Shown here one piece after another: positions 21,696 through 31,857 of a stretch of DNA of 64,000 bases. Numbering within the stretch: the first letter of the stretch is position 1; each line of letters starts with the position of its first letter. Made by a program: the position numbers and the translations under genes. Origin of the DNA: Clostridia bacterium (lineage in GTDB: Bacteria; Bacillota; Clostridia; UMGS1883; UMGS1540); the NCBI GenBank assembly GCA_045648645.1, contig JAZROH010000116.1:3014-67013 (forward strand), in the 5' to 3' direction. The notes beneath the pieces were generated by a model that worked only from the letters and a program-made list of their open reading frames with translations, ran no database searches and was not told where the DNA came from.

Positions 21696-22861
21696 CAAAG
21701 ATTATAAACGGGCGTATTATTACAAATATAATCGAAAAAGATAAGGCAGTATACATACAAGATGATAAAATTCTTGCTGTAACTGCTGATGATATTGCAG
21801 CAGATGTGGTGTTAGATGCCCAAGGAGCATATGTAAGTCCCGGTTTTGTAGATTTACATACCCATGGTGCCGGCGGGACAGATTTTATGGATGGTACAGA
21901 AGAAGATGTAAGAATTGCTCTTTGTGCGCATGCGGCACATGGGACCACGGCGATTATGCCCACGGCTACAACCGCAAACCCCGTATCTTTTCGAAAAAGT
22001 ATCGAGGATATTGGCGCGGTCATGCGTGAAAAAAATCCAAGTTTACCGGAAGTCCTCGGTGCACATCTTGAAGGTCCTTATTTTTCGCATGCGCAGAGCG
22101 GTGCACAGGCACCCGAGTTTATTACGTCGCCTATTGAGAATGAGTATAAAGAGCTGCTCGAAAAATACAAGGGAATCATTGCAAGGTGGAGCTTTGCACC
22201 CGAATTGAAAGGCTCTGTAGAATTCTGTAGAACGCTTCTTGATAATGGCGTTATTCCTTCGATTGCACATACGAATGCAACATATGAAGAAATTATGCCT
22301 GTTTATGATGCTGGTTGTCGGCTGATGACGCATTTTTATTCCGGTATGTCCCTTCTTACGAGAAAGGAAGGTTTTCGCGTTTTAGGGGCTGTGGAAACAG
22401 GATATCTTCTGGATGATATGTATGTAGAAACCATTGCGGACGGTAAACATTTACCGCCTGCGCTTTTGCGCCTGATATACAAAGTAAAAACCTCTGACTA
22501 TATTTGCATGGTTACAGATTCCATGCGCGGTGCGGGCGTTGATGGTATTCGAGAAATGATATTAGGTCCCATTGCAGATAACCGCATCGCAATTATTGAA
22601 GATGGGGTTGCAAAAATGCCGGACAGAGTCAATTTTGCCGGTAGTATTGCTACTACTGACCGCCTTGTTCGTGTGATGCATAAAGAAGCAGGCGTTGATA
22701 TTGTAAACGCTGTTAAAATGATGACAAAAATTCCTGCAAAAATAGCGGGCGCAGACCATATTGGCGCTATTGAGGCGGGACGTGATGCAGATATTGTTTT
22801 ATTTAATGACAATATAGAAATTCAAAAAGTATTGCTGAAAGGCAAAGAAAGGAAGATGTAA
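21689..22861 (+). CDS. nagA: N-acetylglucosamine-6-phosphate deacetylase
   Basis: GFVDLHTHGAGG metal-binding motif and HLEGPYFS; amidohydrolase fold length. Confidence 0.8.
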   Translation: MVTKIINGRIITNIIEKDKAVYIQDDKILAVTADDIAADVVLDAQGAYVSPGFVDLHTHGAGGTDFMDGTEEDVRIALCAHAAHGTTAIMPTATTANPVSFRKSIEDIGAVMREKNPSLPEVLGAHLEGPYFSHAQSGAQAPEFITSPIENEYKELLEKYKGIIARWSFAPELKGSVEFCRTLLDNGVIPSIAHTNATYEEIMPVYDAGCRLMTHFYSGMSLLTRKEGFRVLGAVETGYLLDDMYVETIADGKHLPPALLRLIYKVKTSDYICMVTDSMRGAGVDGIREMILGPIADNRIAIIEDGVAKMPDRVNFAGSIATTDRLVRVMHKEAGVDIVNAVKMMTKIPAKIAGADHIGAIEAGRDADIVLFNDNIEIQKVLLKGKERKM

Positions 22862-22862
22862 A

Positions 22863-23066
22863 ATGGCAAAAGTGACAAAGGACACTATCATTGCAGATGT
22901 ACTTCGCATGGATGCGGGAACTGCACCGTTTTTCTTGGAAATCGGTATGCATTGTCTGGGATGTCCCTCTGCAAGCGGTGAAAGCGTTGAAGCAGCTTGC
23001 ATGGTGCACGGCGTTGATGCAGATGAATTGATTGCAAAAATTAATGCATACCTCGAATCCAAATAA
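22863..23066 (+). CDS. DUF1858-type small redox/disulfide domain protein
   Basis: 67 aa with MHCLGCPSASGESVEAACMVHGVD, resembling hybrid-cluster-protein-associated DUF1858 domains. Confidence 0.5.
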   Translation: MAKVTKDTIIADVLRMDAGTAPFFLEIGMHCLGCPSASGESVEAACMVHGVDADELIAKINAYLESK

Positions 23067-23072
23067 GAATAC

Positions 23073-23108
23073 GGGGAGGCAGCTTCCTGCCTCTCCTTTA
23101 TTCTGTTA
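23073..23108 (+). terminator. Rho-independent terminator
   Basis: GGAGGCAG-cttc-CTGCCTC(TCC) hairpin followed by TTTATTCTG. Confidence 0.6.
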
Positions 23109-23163
23109 AAATTAAGCCATTGGCTATTACATAAAAATCAAACAAACAAAAGGGAGTGTACAT

Positions 23164-24906
23164 ATGAATGTTTTTGATGTATTGACTTTAATTGGCGGTT
23201 TATGCCTGTTTTTGTTCGGCATGAACATCATGGGAGATGCACTTGAACGTCGTGCAGGAAACAAATTGAAAACACTTATCGGCAAACTTACCGGAAATAA
23301 GCTTGCAGGACTGCTTACCGGTCTTGGTGTTACGGCTGTAATACAAAGTTCTTCCGCTACGACGGTTATGGTTGTCGGCTTTGCAAACTCCGGTCTTATT
23401 ACACTTAAGCAGTCCATTGGCGTCATTATGGGTGCTAATATTGGAACGACTGTCACGGCGTGGCTTTTAAGTCTCGGTGGTATTGAAAGCAGTAATATTT
23501 TCTTACAGCTTTTAAAGCCAACGTCATTTACACCTGTTTTAGCACTCTTTGGAATTATTTTTTATATGTTTTGCAAAAGCGGAAAGAAAAACGATACTGG
23601 AATGATTTTTCTCGGCTTTGCAACGCTTATGTTCGGTATGGAAACTATGTCGGATGCAGTGGCAGGTCTTGCGGATGTACCGGCGTTTGGTCAATTGTTT
23701 TTGATGTTTACAAATCCTATTTTGGGTGTTTTGGCAGGTGCAGTTTTAACAGCAATCATTCAATCCAGTTCCGCATCGGTCGGTATCTTACAGGCGCTTG
23801 CGGTAACGGGACAGGTTTCTTACGGAGCTGCTATTCCGATTATAATGGGCCAGAACATCGGCACATGTATTACGGCAATGCTTTCCTCTGTGGGAACAAA
23901 TAAGAATGCAAAACGCGCGGCGATGGTGCACCTCTGTTTTAATATCCTTGGAACACTTTTTTGGCTTAGTGTTTTTTGGCTTGCAAAGTTATTTCTGCAG
24001 CCGATTCTTTTTACAGAAGAAGCTACTCGATTTGGCATTGCGGTAGCACACTCTGTCTTTAATATTTTATGTACGCTACTAATGTTTCCTTTATCCGGTG
24101 TACTTGAAAAAATCGTATTAAAGCTTGTGCCGGATGCAAAAACATTGGAGGTTGACACCGAACTTGACGAACGCCTTCTTGCCACGCCACCTATTGCGCT
24201 GGAGCGCTGTCGTGTTTTAACTGAAAAAATGGCAGTATCGGCAGCGGATGCCCTTAGAGATACGCTTCGCGCGTTTGAGTCTTATTCGCCGGAACTTGCC
24301 GAGTCGATTCGTGCAAGTGAGGAACAAACAGACCATTATGAGGACATTTTAGGCACTTATCTTGTTAAACTTAGTGGGCGAGGCATCAGCAGCGCAGATA
24401 GTGTAGAATCCGCAAAACTTCTAAAGCTTATCAGTGATATAGAGCGTATTTCTGACCATAGTGTGAATATTTTGGAGTCTGTGGAAGAATTACGCGAGAA
24501 AGAAATTAGCTTTACGCCTGCGGCAAAAAAAGAGTTAAATGTGTTAATAGATGCTGTTCATGAAATATTAGATCTTTCCATGCTTTCGTTTTTAAATAAT
24601 GATTTGCAAGCTGCGGAAAAAGTTGAGCCGCTCGAACAGATTATTGACAATTTAAAGGAGCACATGCGCACAAGTCATATTTTACGTCTGCAACAAGGAA
24701 ATTGCACAATTGAAGCGGGTTTTGTCTGGTCTGACTTACTTACCAATTTGGAACGTATTTCTGATCATTGCTCTAACATGGCAGGCTGTGTCATTGACAT
24801 GACACATAATAATATGAATTTGCATGCATCCCTTAGGGCATATAAAATGAACGATCCTGCATATGGAGAAAATTACGAAAAGTTTAAATCAAAATACGCA
24901 CTTTGA
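23164..24906 (+). CDS. Na+/phosphate cotransporter family protein with C-terminal PhoU-like domain
   Basis: Two NptA-type repeats (GANIGTTVTAW ..., GQNIGTCITAM). The C-terminal ~230 aa form a helical PhoU-like region. Confidence 0.75.
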   Translation: MNVFDVLTLIGGLCLFLFGMNIMGDALERRAGNKLKTLIGKLTGNKLAGLLTGLGVTAVIQSSSATTVMVVGFANSGLITLKQSIGVIMGANIGTTVTAWLLSLGGIESSNIFLQLLKPTSFTPVLALFGIIFYMFCKSGKKNDTGMIFLGFATLMFGMETMSDAVAGLADVPAFGQLFLMFTNPILGVLAGAVLTAIIQSSSASVGILQALAVTGQVSYGAAIPIIMGQNIGTCITAMLSSVGTNKNAKRAAMVHLCFNILGTLFWLSVFWLAKLFLQPILFTEEATRFGIAVAHSVFNILCTLLMFPLSGVLEKIVLKLVPDAKTLEVDTELDERLLATPPIALERCRVLTEKMAVSAADALRDTLRAFESYSPELAESIRASEEQTDHYEDILGTYLVKLSGRGISSADSVESAKLLKLISDIERISDHSVNILESVEELREKEISFTPAAKKELNVLIDAVHEILDLSMLSFLNNDLQAAEKVEPLEQIIDNLKEHMRTSHILRLQQGNCTIEAGFVWSDLLTNLERISDHCSNMAGCVIDMTHNNMNLHASLRAYKMNDPAYGENYEKFKSKYAL

Positions 24907-25043
24907 TTTAATGCAAAAAAATTACCTAAGATTTAAAAAAGTATTAAAAAAATATTTTTTTATAAATCGTATTTACTAACTGGAAAATTCCTGTTATAAT
25001 ATATACGAATTTGTAATATACAAATAATACTACTGACAAATGT

Positions 25044-26819
25044 ATGGGGGTATACAACTTGAAATCGCTTAATAAAAAGCCTGTGATTATTGGAATATGT
25101 GCAGCTTTGCTTTTGGCAATTATACTGGGAGCATCCGTAGCCCGTGCGTACAGCATAGATAAAATATGCGGAGGGGTTACTGCAGGGGGCATTTCTATTT
25201 CAAAATTATCCGTTACTAAAGCGGAAGAGAAGCTTCGCGAAAATCTGCACGAGGAGATGTTTGATACTCCGGTACATCTTGTGTTAGGCGATGTGGAGAA
25301 GAGTGTAAAACCGTCTGATTTTCTAGCTGCATATGACTATAAAAAGACTGCAGAAAAAGCAATTTCATACGGTCATAAGGGTTCATTTTTTCAAAGAATA
25401 GGGCAGACGCTTCGTGCATTCTTTATAAAGAAAAATATAGAGATGGAAATATCTTACGATGAGGCTGCTTTTGCGGACATTATGGAAAATCTTATGACGG
25501 GTGTGGGAGAAAAAGTGCAGGAACATGCATGGGAAATTCAGGATGATGTACTTTTGGTTACCACAGGACACCCCGGCCTTCTGCCTGATGAATCCAGTGT
25601 TGCCGAAGCGATTTTACAGGCAATCCGAAAAGGGGAATATGACGAAAAAATTGTTTTCGAGAAAGAAAGCCGAAATCCGGCGCAACTTTCTGCCGAAACG
25701 CTCTATAGCGCCGTCAGTTCCGTTGCATCAGATGCGTCATATGCAATTGAAAACGGAAAAGTTGTTATGCATCCGCACACACTTGGAATTTCTTTTGATA
25801 AATCTAAGGCACAGGAAATTATTGATTTACATGAGGGATTTGGCGTAACATTTAAAATTCCGTTAGAGATTGAAGAACCGGAAGTAACGATAGAAGATAT
25901 AGAGGCAAAATTATTTTCTTCTATTATTGGTCAATACACTACAACTTTTAAAACGAGTGATGTAAGTCGAACGAAAAATATTGCTCTGGCAACCAATAAA
26001 ATTAACGGGACTATTCTGGCTCCCGATGAGATTTTCTCTTATAATGATGTTGTTGGTGAAAGAAGCTACAGCGAAGGATTTCAAGATGCAAAGGTTTATG
26101 TAAACGGAGAAACAGTTGATGGTATTGGCGGCGGTATTTGTCAGGTTTCTTCCACTCTTTTTAACGCTGTTGTATTTGCAAATCTTGAAATTGTGGAACG
26201 TGTTAACCATCAGCTTACCGTTTCGTATGTGCCGCTTGGTCGAGATGCCACGGTTGATTATGGCAATATTGACTTTAGATTTAAAAACAATACAGGGTAT
26301 CCTTTGAAAATTGTTTGCAGCGCTGAGGGCGGCAAAATGTATATGGCAATTTACGGATACAAAGAAGATAAAAGTGAAAAGATATCTTTTGAAACCGTAA
26401 CGATAGGGCACACAGCGCCTCCGGAGCGCAAGGTGGATGACCCCACGCTTCCGCTTGGCGAGGAAAAAGTGGAGTCTGAGGGGAGCTCCGGATTTGTCGT
26501 TGATACGTATAAGATTATACAAAAAGACGGTGAAGATGCGGAAAGAGTGTATCTTTGTCGCAGCAACTACCGCGGAAACTTGCGTATAATACGTGTGGGA
26601 ACAGGAGAGGCAGTACCTTCGCCGTCGCCGACAGAAGGAATTGAACTTTCCCCGTCACCAATGGAAAGTATAGATCCAACGCCTCAAAATACGCCAGAGC
26701 TCACGGCTGCCCCCGAACCTTCGCCTGCAACGCCAACTGTTTTTGCACCTGCAACGGAAGCACCAAAGGAAACGCCTGTTGAAACGGTAAGCAATGCTGT
26801 TTCTGAGAATGGTCTTTGA
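25044..26819 (+). CDS. VanW-family protein with C-terminal Pro/Ser/Thr-rich tail
   Basis: N-terminal TM anchor; VanW core (ILAPDEIFSYNDVVGERSYSEGFQDAKVYVNGETVDGIGGGICQVSSTLFNAV). C-terminal SPSPTEGIELSPSPMESIDPTP low-complexity tail. TTG at 25059 with a better RBS is an alternative start. Confidence 0.75.
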   Translation: MGVYNLKSLNKKPVIIGICAALLLAIILGASVARAYSIDKICGGVTAGGISISKLSVTKAEEKLRENLHEEMFDTPVHLVLGDVEKSVKPSDFLAAYDYKKTAEKAISYGHKGSFFQRIGQTLRAFFIKKNIEMEISYDEAAFADIMENLMTGVGEKVQEHAWEIQDDVLLVTTGHPGLLPDESSVAEAILQAIRKGEYDEKIVFEKESRNPAQLSAETLYSAVSSVASDASYAIENGKVVMHPHTLGISFDKSKAQEIIDLHEGFGVTFKIPLEIEEPEVTIEDIEAKLFSSIIGQYTTTFKTSDVSRTKNIALATNKINGTILAPDEIFSYNDVVGERSYSEGFQDAKVYVNGETVDGIGGGICQVSSTLFNAVVFANLEIVERVNHQLTVSYVPLGRDATVDYGNIDFRFKNNTGYPLKIVCSAEGGKMYMAIYGYKEDKSEKISFETVTIGHTAPPERKVDDPTLPLGEEKVESEGSSGFVVDTYKIIQKDGEDAERVYLCRSNYRGNLRIIRVGTGEAVPSPSPTEGIELSPSPMESIDPTPQNTPELTAAPEPSPATPTVFAPATEAPKETPVETVSNAVSENGL

Positions 26820-26846
26820 TTCAAATACGTGTAGGAGGAAAATGTC

Positions 26847-27734
26847 GTGAAAAGATTTGTTTGCCTTCTAATTTGTATATGCGGCATTTTTATGCAGACA
26901 CATGCGCAAATTATTGGAGCGGCATATGCAACTGATATTTGTGCTTATATAGATTATTTAATGGTACCCTCCTATAATATTGATGGATACACAGCGGTAG
27001 TTGTGCGGGATCTTGAAAATTTCGGCTATACAGTAAACTGGGACGAAACGACAAAAACGGTTTCTTTTTATAGGGATTTTGTCAAACCCTTGACACCTCT
27101 TGTTCCTGTTTTTGAAAACAGACCTGTGGGAACAAAGGTGTTTGATGTGTACCAAACTGATATTCGGACCGTTTTTAAGGGCACAGAGATCCCTTCATAC
27201 AATATTGGTGGTCGCACAGCGGTAAGACTTCGTGATCTTGCCATGGTTGGTGAGGCAATGTTCGATGAAAAGTATCGAAGCGCCGATGTGTTCTCTATGG
27301 AAGCCGAATACTTTGAGGATGAAATTGACTTTATTAAAACTAAGGTTTATGGAAACTTGCGCCTGATGTCCGAAGCTGATTTTGCATTACAACCATTGAT
27401 AGCTATGTTACAAAACGGCGAATATGACTGGCAAAAGGTGGCGGCTTACCAAACGTTTCACAATGACATGGTGAACAGTTTTAATGCATATAAGTCATTT
27501 ATTGAGCCGTATGGTTTTTCGGAAACGGCACAAGAACTTTGGTGGGCGATGGTAAATCTGCGGTATGCCGGAGAAACGGCTTTGATTATGGCAGACACAC
27601 TTTATAAAGGTGGCAACATTACGCAGGCCATGGGCTATTATAATCAGTATTTATCTGATTCTGTAGAGCAAAGGCGAATTACACTTTTGACATTAGATGA
27701 AGAAATGCGTGCCCTTACCTTATTCTGGGGTTAA
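26847..27734 (+). CDS. Secreted protein with two copper-amine-oxidase N-terminal-like (stalk) repeats
   Basis: Signal peptide MKRFVCLLICICGIFMQTHA. Repeats YNIDGYTAVVVRDLENFGYTVNWDETTKTVSF and YNIGGRTAVRLRDLAMVGEAMFD. Confidence 0.5.
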   Translation: MKRFVCLLICICGIFMQTHAQIIGAAYATDICAYIDYLMVPSYNIDGYTAVVVRDLENFGYTVNWDETTKTVSFYRDFVKPLTPLVPVFENRPVGTKVFDVYQTDIRTVFKGTEIPSYNIGGRTAVRLRDLAMVGEAMFDEKYRSADVFSMEAEYFEDEIDFIKTKVYGNLRLMSEADFALQPLIAMLQNGEYDWQKVAAYQTFHNDMVNSFNAYKSFIEPYGFSETAQELWWAMVNLRYAGETALIMADTLYKGGNITQAMGYYNQYLSDSVEQRRITLLTLDEEMRALTLFWG

Positions 27735-27779
27735 AAAAGGAAATGAATTATTAAAAAATAAAAAAATTCCAAAAAACAC

Positions 27780-27926
27780 TTGACAAATAAAAGAAAATAT
27801 GCTATCCTTTATATCGTAGCAAGCAGGGCATAGCCCTCACCGTATCGTTTCAAAGTACGCATACGGTTAATTATCACCGGTTAACAAAGGCGGTATTGCT
27901 TGCGCAATGCCGTTTTTATATTTTTT
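27780..27926 (+). promoter_or_regulatory. infC operon promoter plus L20-responsive leader with attenuator terminator
   Basis: TTGACA at 27780 with a -10-like element ~17 nt downstream. A leader of ~160 nt ends in the hairpin CGGTATTGC-ttgc-GCAATGCCG followed by TTTTTATATTTTTT (27889-27926), directly upstream of infC. Confidence 0.5.
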
Positions 27927-27955
27927 GGGAGGTGCTGTATATCAGTAAGGAAGTT

Positions 27956-28450
27956 ATGATCAATGAGGAAATCCGTGATAAGGAGGTTCGGCTCATTGAC
28001 AGCGACGGGTCTCAGCTTGGTATTGTAAATGCCAAAGAGGCACAGAAAATTGCATACGGCAAGAACATGGACTTGGTTAAAATCGCGCCTCAGGCAAAGC
28101 CGCCTGTTTGCAAAATTATGGACTATGGTAAGTATAAGTTTGAGGCAGCGAAGAAGGAAAAAGAAGCCAGAAAAAATCAGAAGGTTGTTGCTTTAAAGGA
28201 AGTACGGCTTTCTCCGTCGATTGATGACCATGATTTCCAGACGAAAGCACGAAATGCCACGAAGTTTTTATCTTCCGGTGACAAAGTTAAGGTAAGTGTT
28301 CGTTTCCGCGGAAGAGAATTACATCATGCTTCTCTCGGAGAAGATATTTTGAAGCGTTTTGCTGAAGCTGTAAGCGAAGTTGGTTCGGTGGATAAATTGC
28401 CGAAACTGGAAGGCAGAAGCATGACCATGTTTATATTACCCAAAAATTGA
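27956..28450 (+). CDS. infC: Translation initiation factor IF-3
   Basis: [24 protein letters not shown]-terminus. The start is ambiguous: ATG 27956 (RBS AAGGAAG close upstream) or in-frame ATC 27941 (GGGAGGTG 6 nt upstream); IF-3 genes often use atypical start codons. Confidence 0.85.
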   Translation: MINEEIRDKEVRLIDSDGSQLGIVNAKEAQKIAYGKNMDLVKIAPQAKPPVCKIMDYGKYKFEAAKKEKEARKNQKVVALKEVRLSPSIDDHDFQTKARNATKFLSSGDKVKVSVRFRGRELHHASLGEDILKRFAEAVSEVGSVDKLPKLEGRSMTMFILPKN

Positions 28451-28500
28451 TTGAAAGCCGTCAGGCTTTGAATATATCACTTAGAAAAGGAGAGAGTAAC

Positions 28501-28698
28501 ATGCCGAAGTTAAAGACGCACAGAGGTGCGGCGAAGCGTTTTAGCCTTACAAAATCCGGCAAGGTAAAGAGAGGAAAGGCATACAAAAGCCATATTTTGA
28601 ACAAGAAGTCTACAAAGCGTAAGAGAAGACTTCGCAAGACGGCATACGCATCAATTCCCAATGCCGTAACAATCAAGAAGCTGATACCGTATAAATAA
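28501..28698 (+). CDS. rpmI: 50S ribosomal protein L35
   Basis: [14 protein letters not shown]; 65 aa; RBS AAAGGAGAG. Confidence 0.9.
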   Translation: MPKLKTHRGAAKRFSLTKSGKVKRGKAYKSHILNKKSTKRKRRLRKTAYASIPNAVTIKKLIPYK

Positions 28699-28713
28699 TA
28701 GGAGGAGTAGGAA

Positions 28714-29067
28714 ATGGCACGCGTAAAAGGCGCTTTAAGCACAAGAAAAAGACGTAAGAAAATATTAAAGCTGGCGAAAGGTTACAGAGGACATAAGTCT
28801 AAGAACTTTCGCGTAGCAAATCAGGCTGTAATGAAGTCGCTGGTTTATGCCTACATAGGCAGAAAGCAGAAAAAACGTGATTTCAGAAGACTTTGGATCA
28901 CTCGTATTTCTGCGGCGACAAAAATGAACGGAATGAATTATTCCCAGTTCATGAACGGACTGAAGAAGGCAGGCATTGAAATTAATCGTAAAATGCTTTC
29001 CGAAATCGCAATCAACGATGCAGAAGCTTTTAAGGCTCTGGTAGAGAAGGCAAAAGCAAGCTTATAA
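28714..29067 (+). CDS. rplT: 50S ribosomal protein L20
   Basis: [26 protein letters not shown]; 117 aa. Confidence 0.9.
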   Translation: MARVKGALSTRKRRKKILKLAKGYRGHKSKNFRVANQAVMKSLVYAYIGRKQKKRDFRRLWITRISAATKMNGMNYSQFMNGLKKAGIEINRKMLSEIAINDAEAFKALVEKAKASL

Positions 29068-29158
29068 AAAACAAAGCTGCTGTGAAGTGATGATTTATCT
29101 GACTTTACGGTGGCTTTTTTCATATGAATATAAACTGACCATAAGGATATCGTTTGTT

Positions 29159-29911
29159 ATGATAGAAATAAACAGTACAGATAACCAAATGCTGAAACAC
29201 ATTCGAAAATTGTATTCGCATGTATACCGTGTTAAAAGCGGAGAAACGATTTTGGAAGGTGAACGAATTGTAAATGACTGCATTAAGTACGGTGGAGAAA
29301 TCCACACGGTATTTTTGCGTGAAGATTATAACGGAAAAGTACCCGATTGTCAAAAAATTTATAAAGTACCAGCAAAACTTTTTGACACACTTACGGAAAC
29401 AAAAACGCCACAGGGCATTCTTGCCACGGCGTCTGCATCTTTTGTAAATACCGACAAGGTTATGCGAGGCGGTCTTGTTGTAGTATGCGACAGAGTGCAG
29501 GATCCCGGAAATTTGGGAACTATATTTCGAACTGCACATGCAGTAGGGGCTGACGGGGTTATCCTTCTAAAAGGTTGTACGGATCCATTTGCGCCCAAAA
29601 CGGTTCGTGCGTCTATGGGGTCTGTTTTTGCCCTCTCAATTGCAGCAGAGGATTGTCTTCCGCAAAGCAATATCTATACTTCTTTTTGTGGCACACTATC
29701 ATCAAAAACGATTTCCTTATTTAATACAGATTTTCCAAAGGCGACTATGCTTATTTTAGGAAACGAAGCCAATGGTGCAAGTGATTCTGTTATTAAACAA
29801 TCCCAAAATCACGTTTTTATACCCATGCCGGGTGGAGCAGAATCATTAAATGTAGCAGCGGCAGGCGCAATTATGATGTATGAATACTTTAGGCAGGTAC
29901 AGCATGTATAA
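29159..29911 (+). CDS. TrmH/SpoU-family RNA 2'-O-methyltransferase
   Basis: SPOUT motifs DRVQDPGNLGTIFRTAHAVGADGV, ILGNEANG and ESLNVAAAGAIMMYE. The ORF track start is 29087; the internal ATG at 29159 is more plausible. Confidence 0.75.
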   Translation: MIEINSTDNQMLKHIRKLYSHVYRVKSGETILEGERIVNDCIKYGGEIHTVFLREDYNGKVPDCQKIYKVPAKLFDTLTETKTPQGILATASASFVNTDKVMRGGLVVVCDRVQDPGNLGTIFRTAHAVGADGVILLKGCTDPFAPKTVRASMGSVFALSIAAEDCLPQSNIYTSFCGTLSSKTISLFNTDFPKATMLILGNEANGASDSVIKQSQNHVFIPMPGGAESLNVAAAGAIMMYEYFRQVQHV

Positions 29912-30623
29912 CGATTTTGCCAACATATATGATTTGGTTATGCGTGATACACCTTATGATGAATGGGTAACGTATTACCAGTCTGTGTTTGAAAAATTTA
30001 ATAAACAACCAAGATTGATTCTGGATATGGGCTGTGGGACGGGGAACATTACATGTCGCATGGCGAAAGCGGGATATGACATGATTGGACTTGACGCTTC
30101 CATCGAGATGCTTTCGAAAGCGAGAGAAAAGAATCAGGATATCCTTTATCTTAATATGGATATGCAGAACTTTGAGTTATATGGTACGGTAGATGCCATT
30201 GTAAGTGCACTTGATTGTATAAACTATATTACGGAGGATATAGAGAATGTATTTTCTCTTGTATATAACTATCTCAATCCCGGAGGGCTCTTTATTTTTG
30301 ATATAAACAGCGCGTACAAGCTTCGCAATATTTTAGGAAATGAAACTATTGTATGCGACGAAGAAGATATTTTCTACGTTTGGGAAAATGAACTCGAAGA
30401 AGATATGTGTCATTTTTATATCACATTTTTCGTTCGTGATGCGAGTGGGGTGTACAGAAGATGCGATGAATTTCAAACACAGAGAGTTTATACAATGGAA
30501 GTACTTGAAAATGCTGCCAAAGCGGCAGGACTTAAAGTTTTAGGTGTATATGACAATTTGTCCTTCGATGCGCCGAAAAAGGAAAGCGAACGAATCTTTT
30601 TTGTTTTAAGTAAGGAGAACTAA
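29904..30623 (+). CDS. Class I SAM-dependent methyltransferase
   Basis: Motif I ILDMGCGTGNIT and motif II VDAIVSALD. Confidence 0.7.
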   Translation: MYNDFANIYDLVMRDTPYDEWVTYYQSVFEKFNKQPRLILDMGCGTGNITCRMAKAGYDMIGLDASIEMLSKAREKNQDILYLNMDMQNFELYGTVDAIVSALDCINYITEDIENVFSLVYNYLNPGGLFIFDINSAYKLRNILGNETIVCDEEDIFYVWENELEEDMCHFYITFFVRDASGVYRRCDEFQTQRVYTMEVLENAAKAAGLKVLGVYDNLSFDAPKKESERIFFVLSKEN

Positions 30624-30624
30624 G

Positions 30625-31857
30625 TTGCAAGTTATTGTAATTGGCGGTGGCCCGGCGGGGATGATGGCAGCCGGGGTTGCAGCGGAAGCGGGCGTACAGG
30701 TATGCCTTGTAGAAAAAAATAAACAGCTTGGAAGAAAACTGCGTATTACAGGTAAAGGGCGATGTAACCTGACAAATATTTGTACGCATGAGGATTTGAT
30801 TGCAAACACAGTTGTAAACGGACGCTTTTTGCATAGTGTTTTTCGCGGATTTTCGAATAACGATTTGATTTCGTTTATTGAGAATATTGGCGTTCCGGTA
30901 AAAACCGAACGTGGGGGACGCGTATTTCCGCAAAGCGACAAAGCAGTAGATGTAGTTTCGGCTCTTGCCAATTGGATGCATCGAAAAGGAGTGCACGTAG
31001 TACAGGAAAAGGCAGACGGACTTTTGGTGCAAAACGGCAAAATTCGCGGTGTGCGATTTGGAGATAAAGCGATTGCGGCAGATTGTGTTGTAATAGCCAC
31101 AGGTGGTGCAAGCTATCCGCAAACCGGTTCTACGGGTGATGGATATTACATCGCAAAAAAAGTAGGACATTCAATCGTTAATCCCAGACCATCTCTTGTA
31201 CCACTTATTTGCAAGGAGCAATATGACCTTGCGGGGTTAAGTTTAAAAAATGTTCAGTTGTCTGTCCTTTTGGGTGAAAAGTGTGTGTATACGGAATTTG
31301 GGGAAATGATGTTTACACACGATGGAATTTCCGGACCGATTGTGCTTAGCGCAAGCGCGCACATGCGAAGTGAAGACAATTATAAAGCGGTTATTGATTT
31401 AAAACCTGCATTATCCGCGGACATGCTGGATAAGCGTTTGGTGCGGGATTTTGAGAAATATTCCAAAAAAGATTTTTTAAATGCACTTGATGACCTGTTA
31501 CCTAAAAGACTTATCAATACGGTAATAGAAAAAACAAAGATACCATCGCATAAAAAGACTGGACTGCTCACAAAGGAAGAACGATATACTGTTTTAGAAA
31601 CGCTGAAAAATTTTACGCTTACAATTGAAGGGTTTCGTCCAATAGCAGAGGCAATTGTCACCTCCGGTGGAGTTAAAACGAACGAAATCAACCCCAAGAC
31701 AATGGAAAGTAAAATTGTGGATGGACTATATTTTGCAGGGGAAATTATAGATGTGGATGCATATACAGGCGGATTTAACCTTCAGATTGCTTTTTCTACG
31801 GGTTACGCTGCCGGAAAAGCCATTGGGGAAAGGGAGATAAAGAATGAACGGGAGTAA
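30625..31857 (+). CDS. NAD(P)/FAD-dependent oxidoreductase, HI0933/BaiN (YhiN) family
   Basis: VIVIGGGPAGMMAAGVAAEAG dinucleotide-binding N-terminus, GKGRCNLTN, and C-terminal TSGGV...GEIIDVDAYTGGFNLQ typical of this family. Confidence 0.75.
   Translation: MQVIVIGGGPAGMMAAGVAAEAGVQVCLVEKNKQLGRKLRITGKGRCNLTNICTHEDLIANTVVNGRFLHSVFRGFSNNDLISFIENIGVPVKTERGGRVFPQSDKAVDVVSALANWMHRKGVHVVQEKADGLLVQNGKIRGVRFGDKAIAADCVVIATGGASYPQTGSTGDGYYIAKKVGHSIVNPRPSLVPLICKEQYDLAGLSLKNVQLSVLLGEKCVYTEFGEMMFTHDGISGPIVLSASAHMRSEDNYKAVIDLKPALSADMLDKRLVRDFEKYSKKDFLNALDDLLPKRLINTVIEKTKIPSHKKTGLLTKEERYTVLETLKNFTLTIEGFRPIAEAIVTSGGVKTNEINPKTMESKIVDGLYFAGEIIDVDAYTGGFNLQIAFSTGYAAGKAIGEREIKNERE

Noticed and set aside
25911-26522. 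203-aa minus-strand ORF inside the VanW gene
   Set aside because: It is antisense to the conserved VanW core and has no motifs, so it is a shadow ORF.
29068-29158. Possible terminator after rplT
   Set aside because: Only a weak, long-looped AAAGC...GCTTTTTT pairing is present, which is not convincing as a hairpin.
30532-31170. 212-aa minus-strand ORF antisense to the HI0933-family oxidoreductase
   Set aside because: It is entirely antisense to a gene with clear FAD-binding motifs. It is Cys/Arg-rich with a nonsense-like composition.
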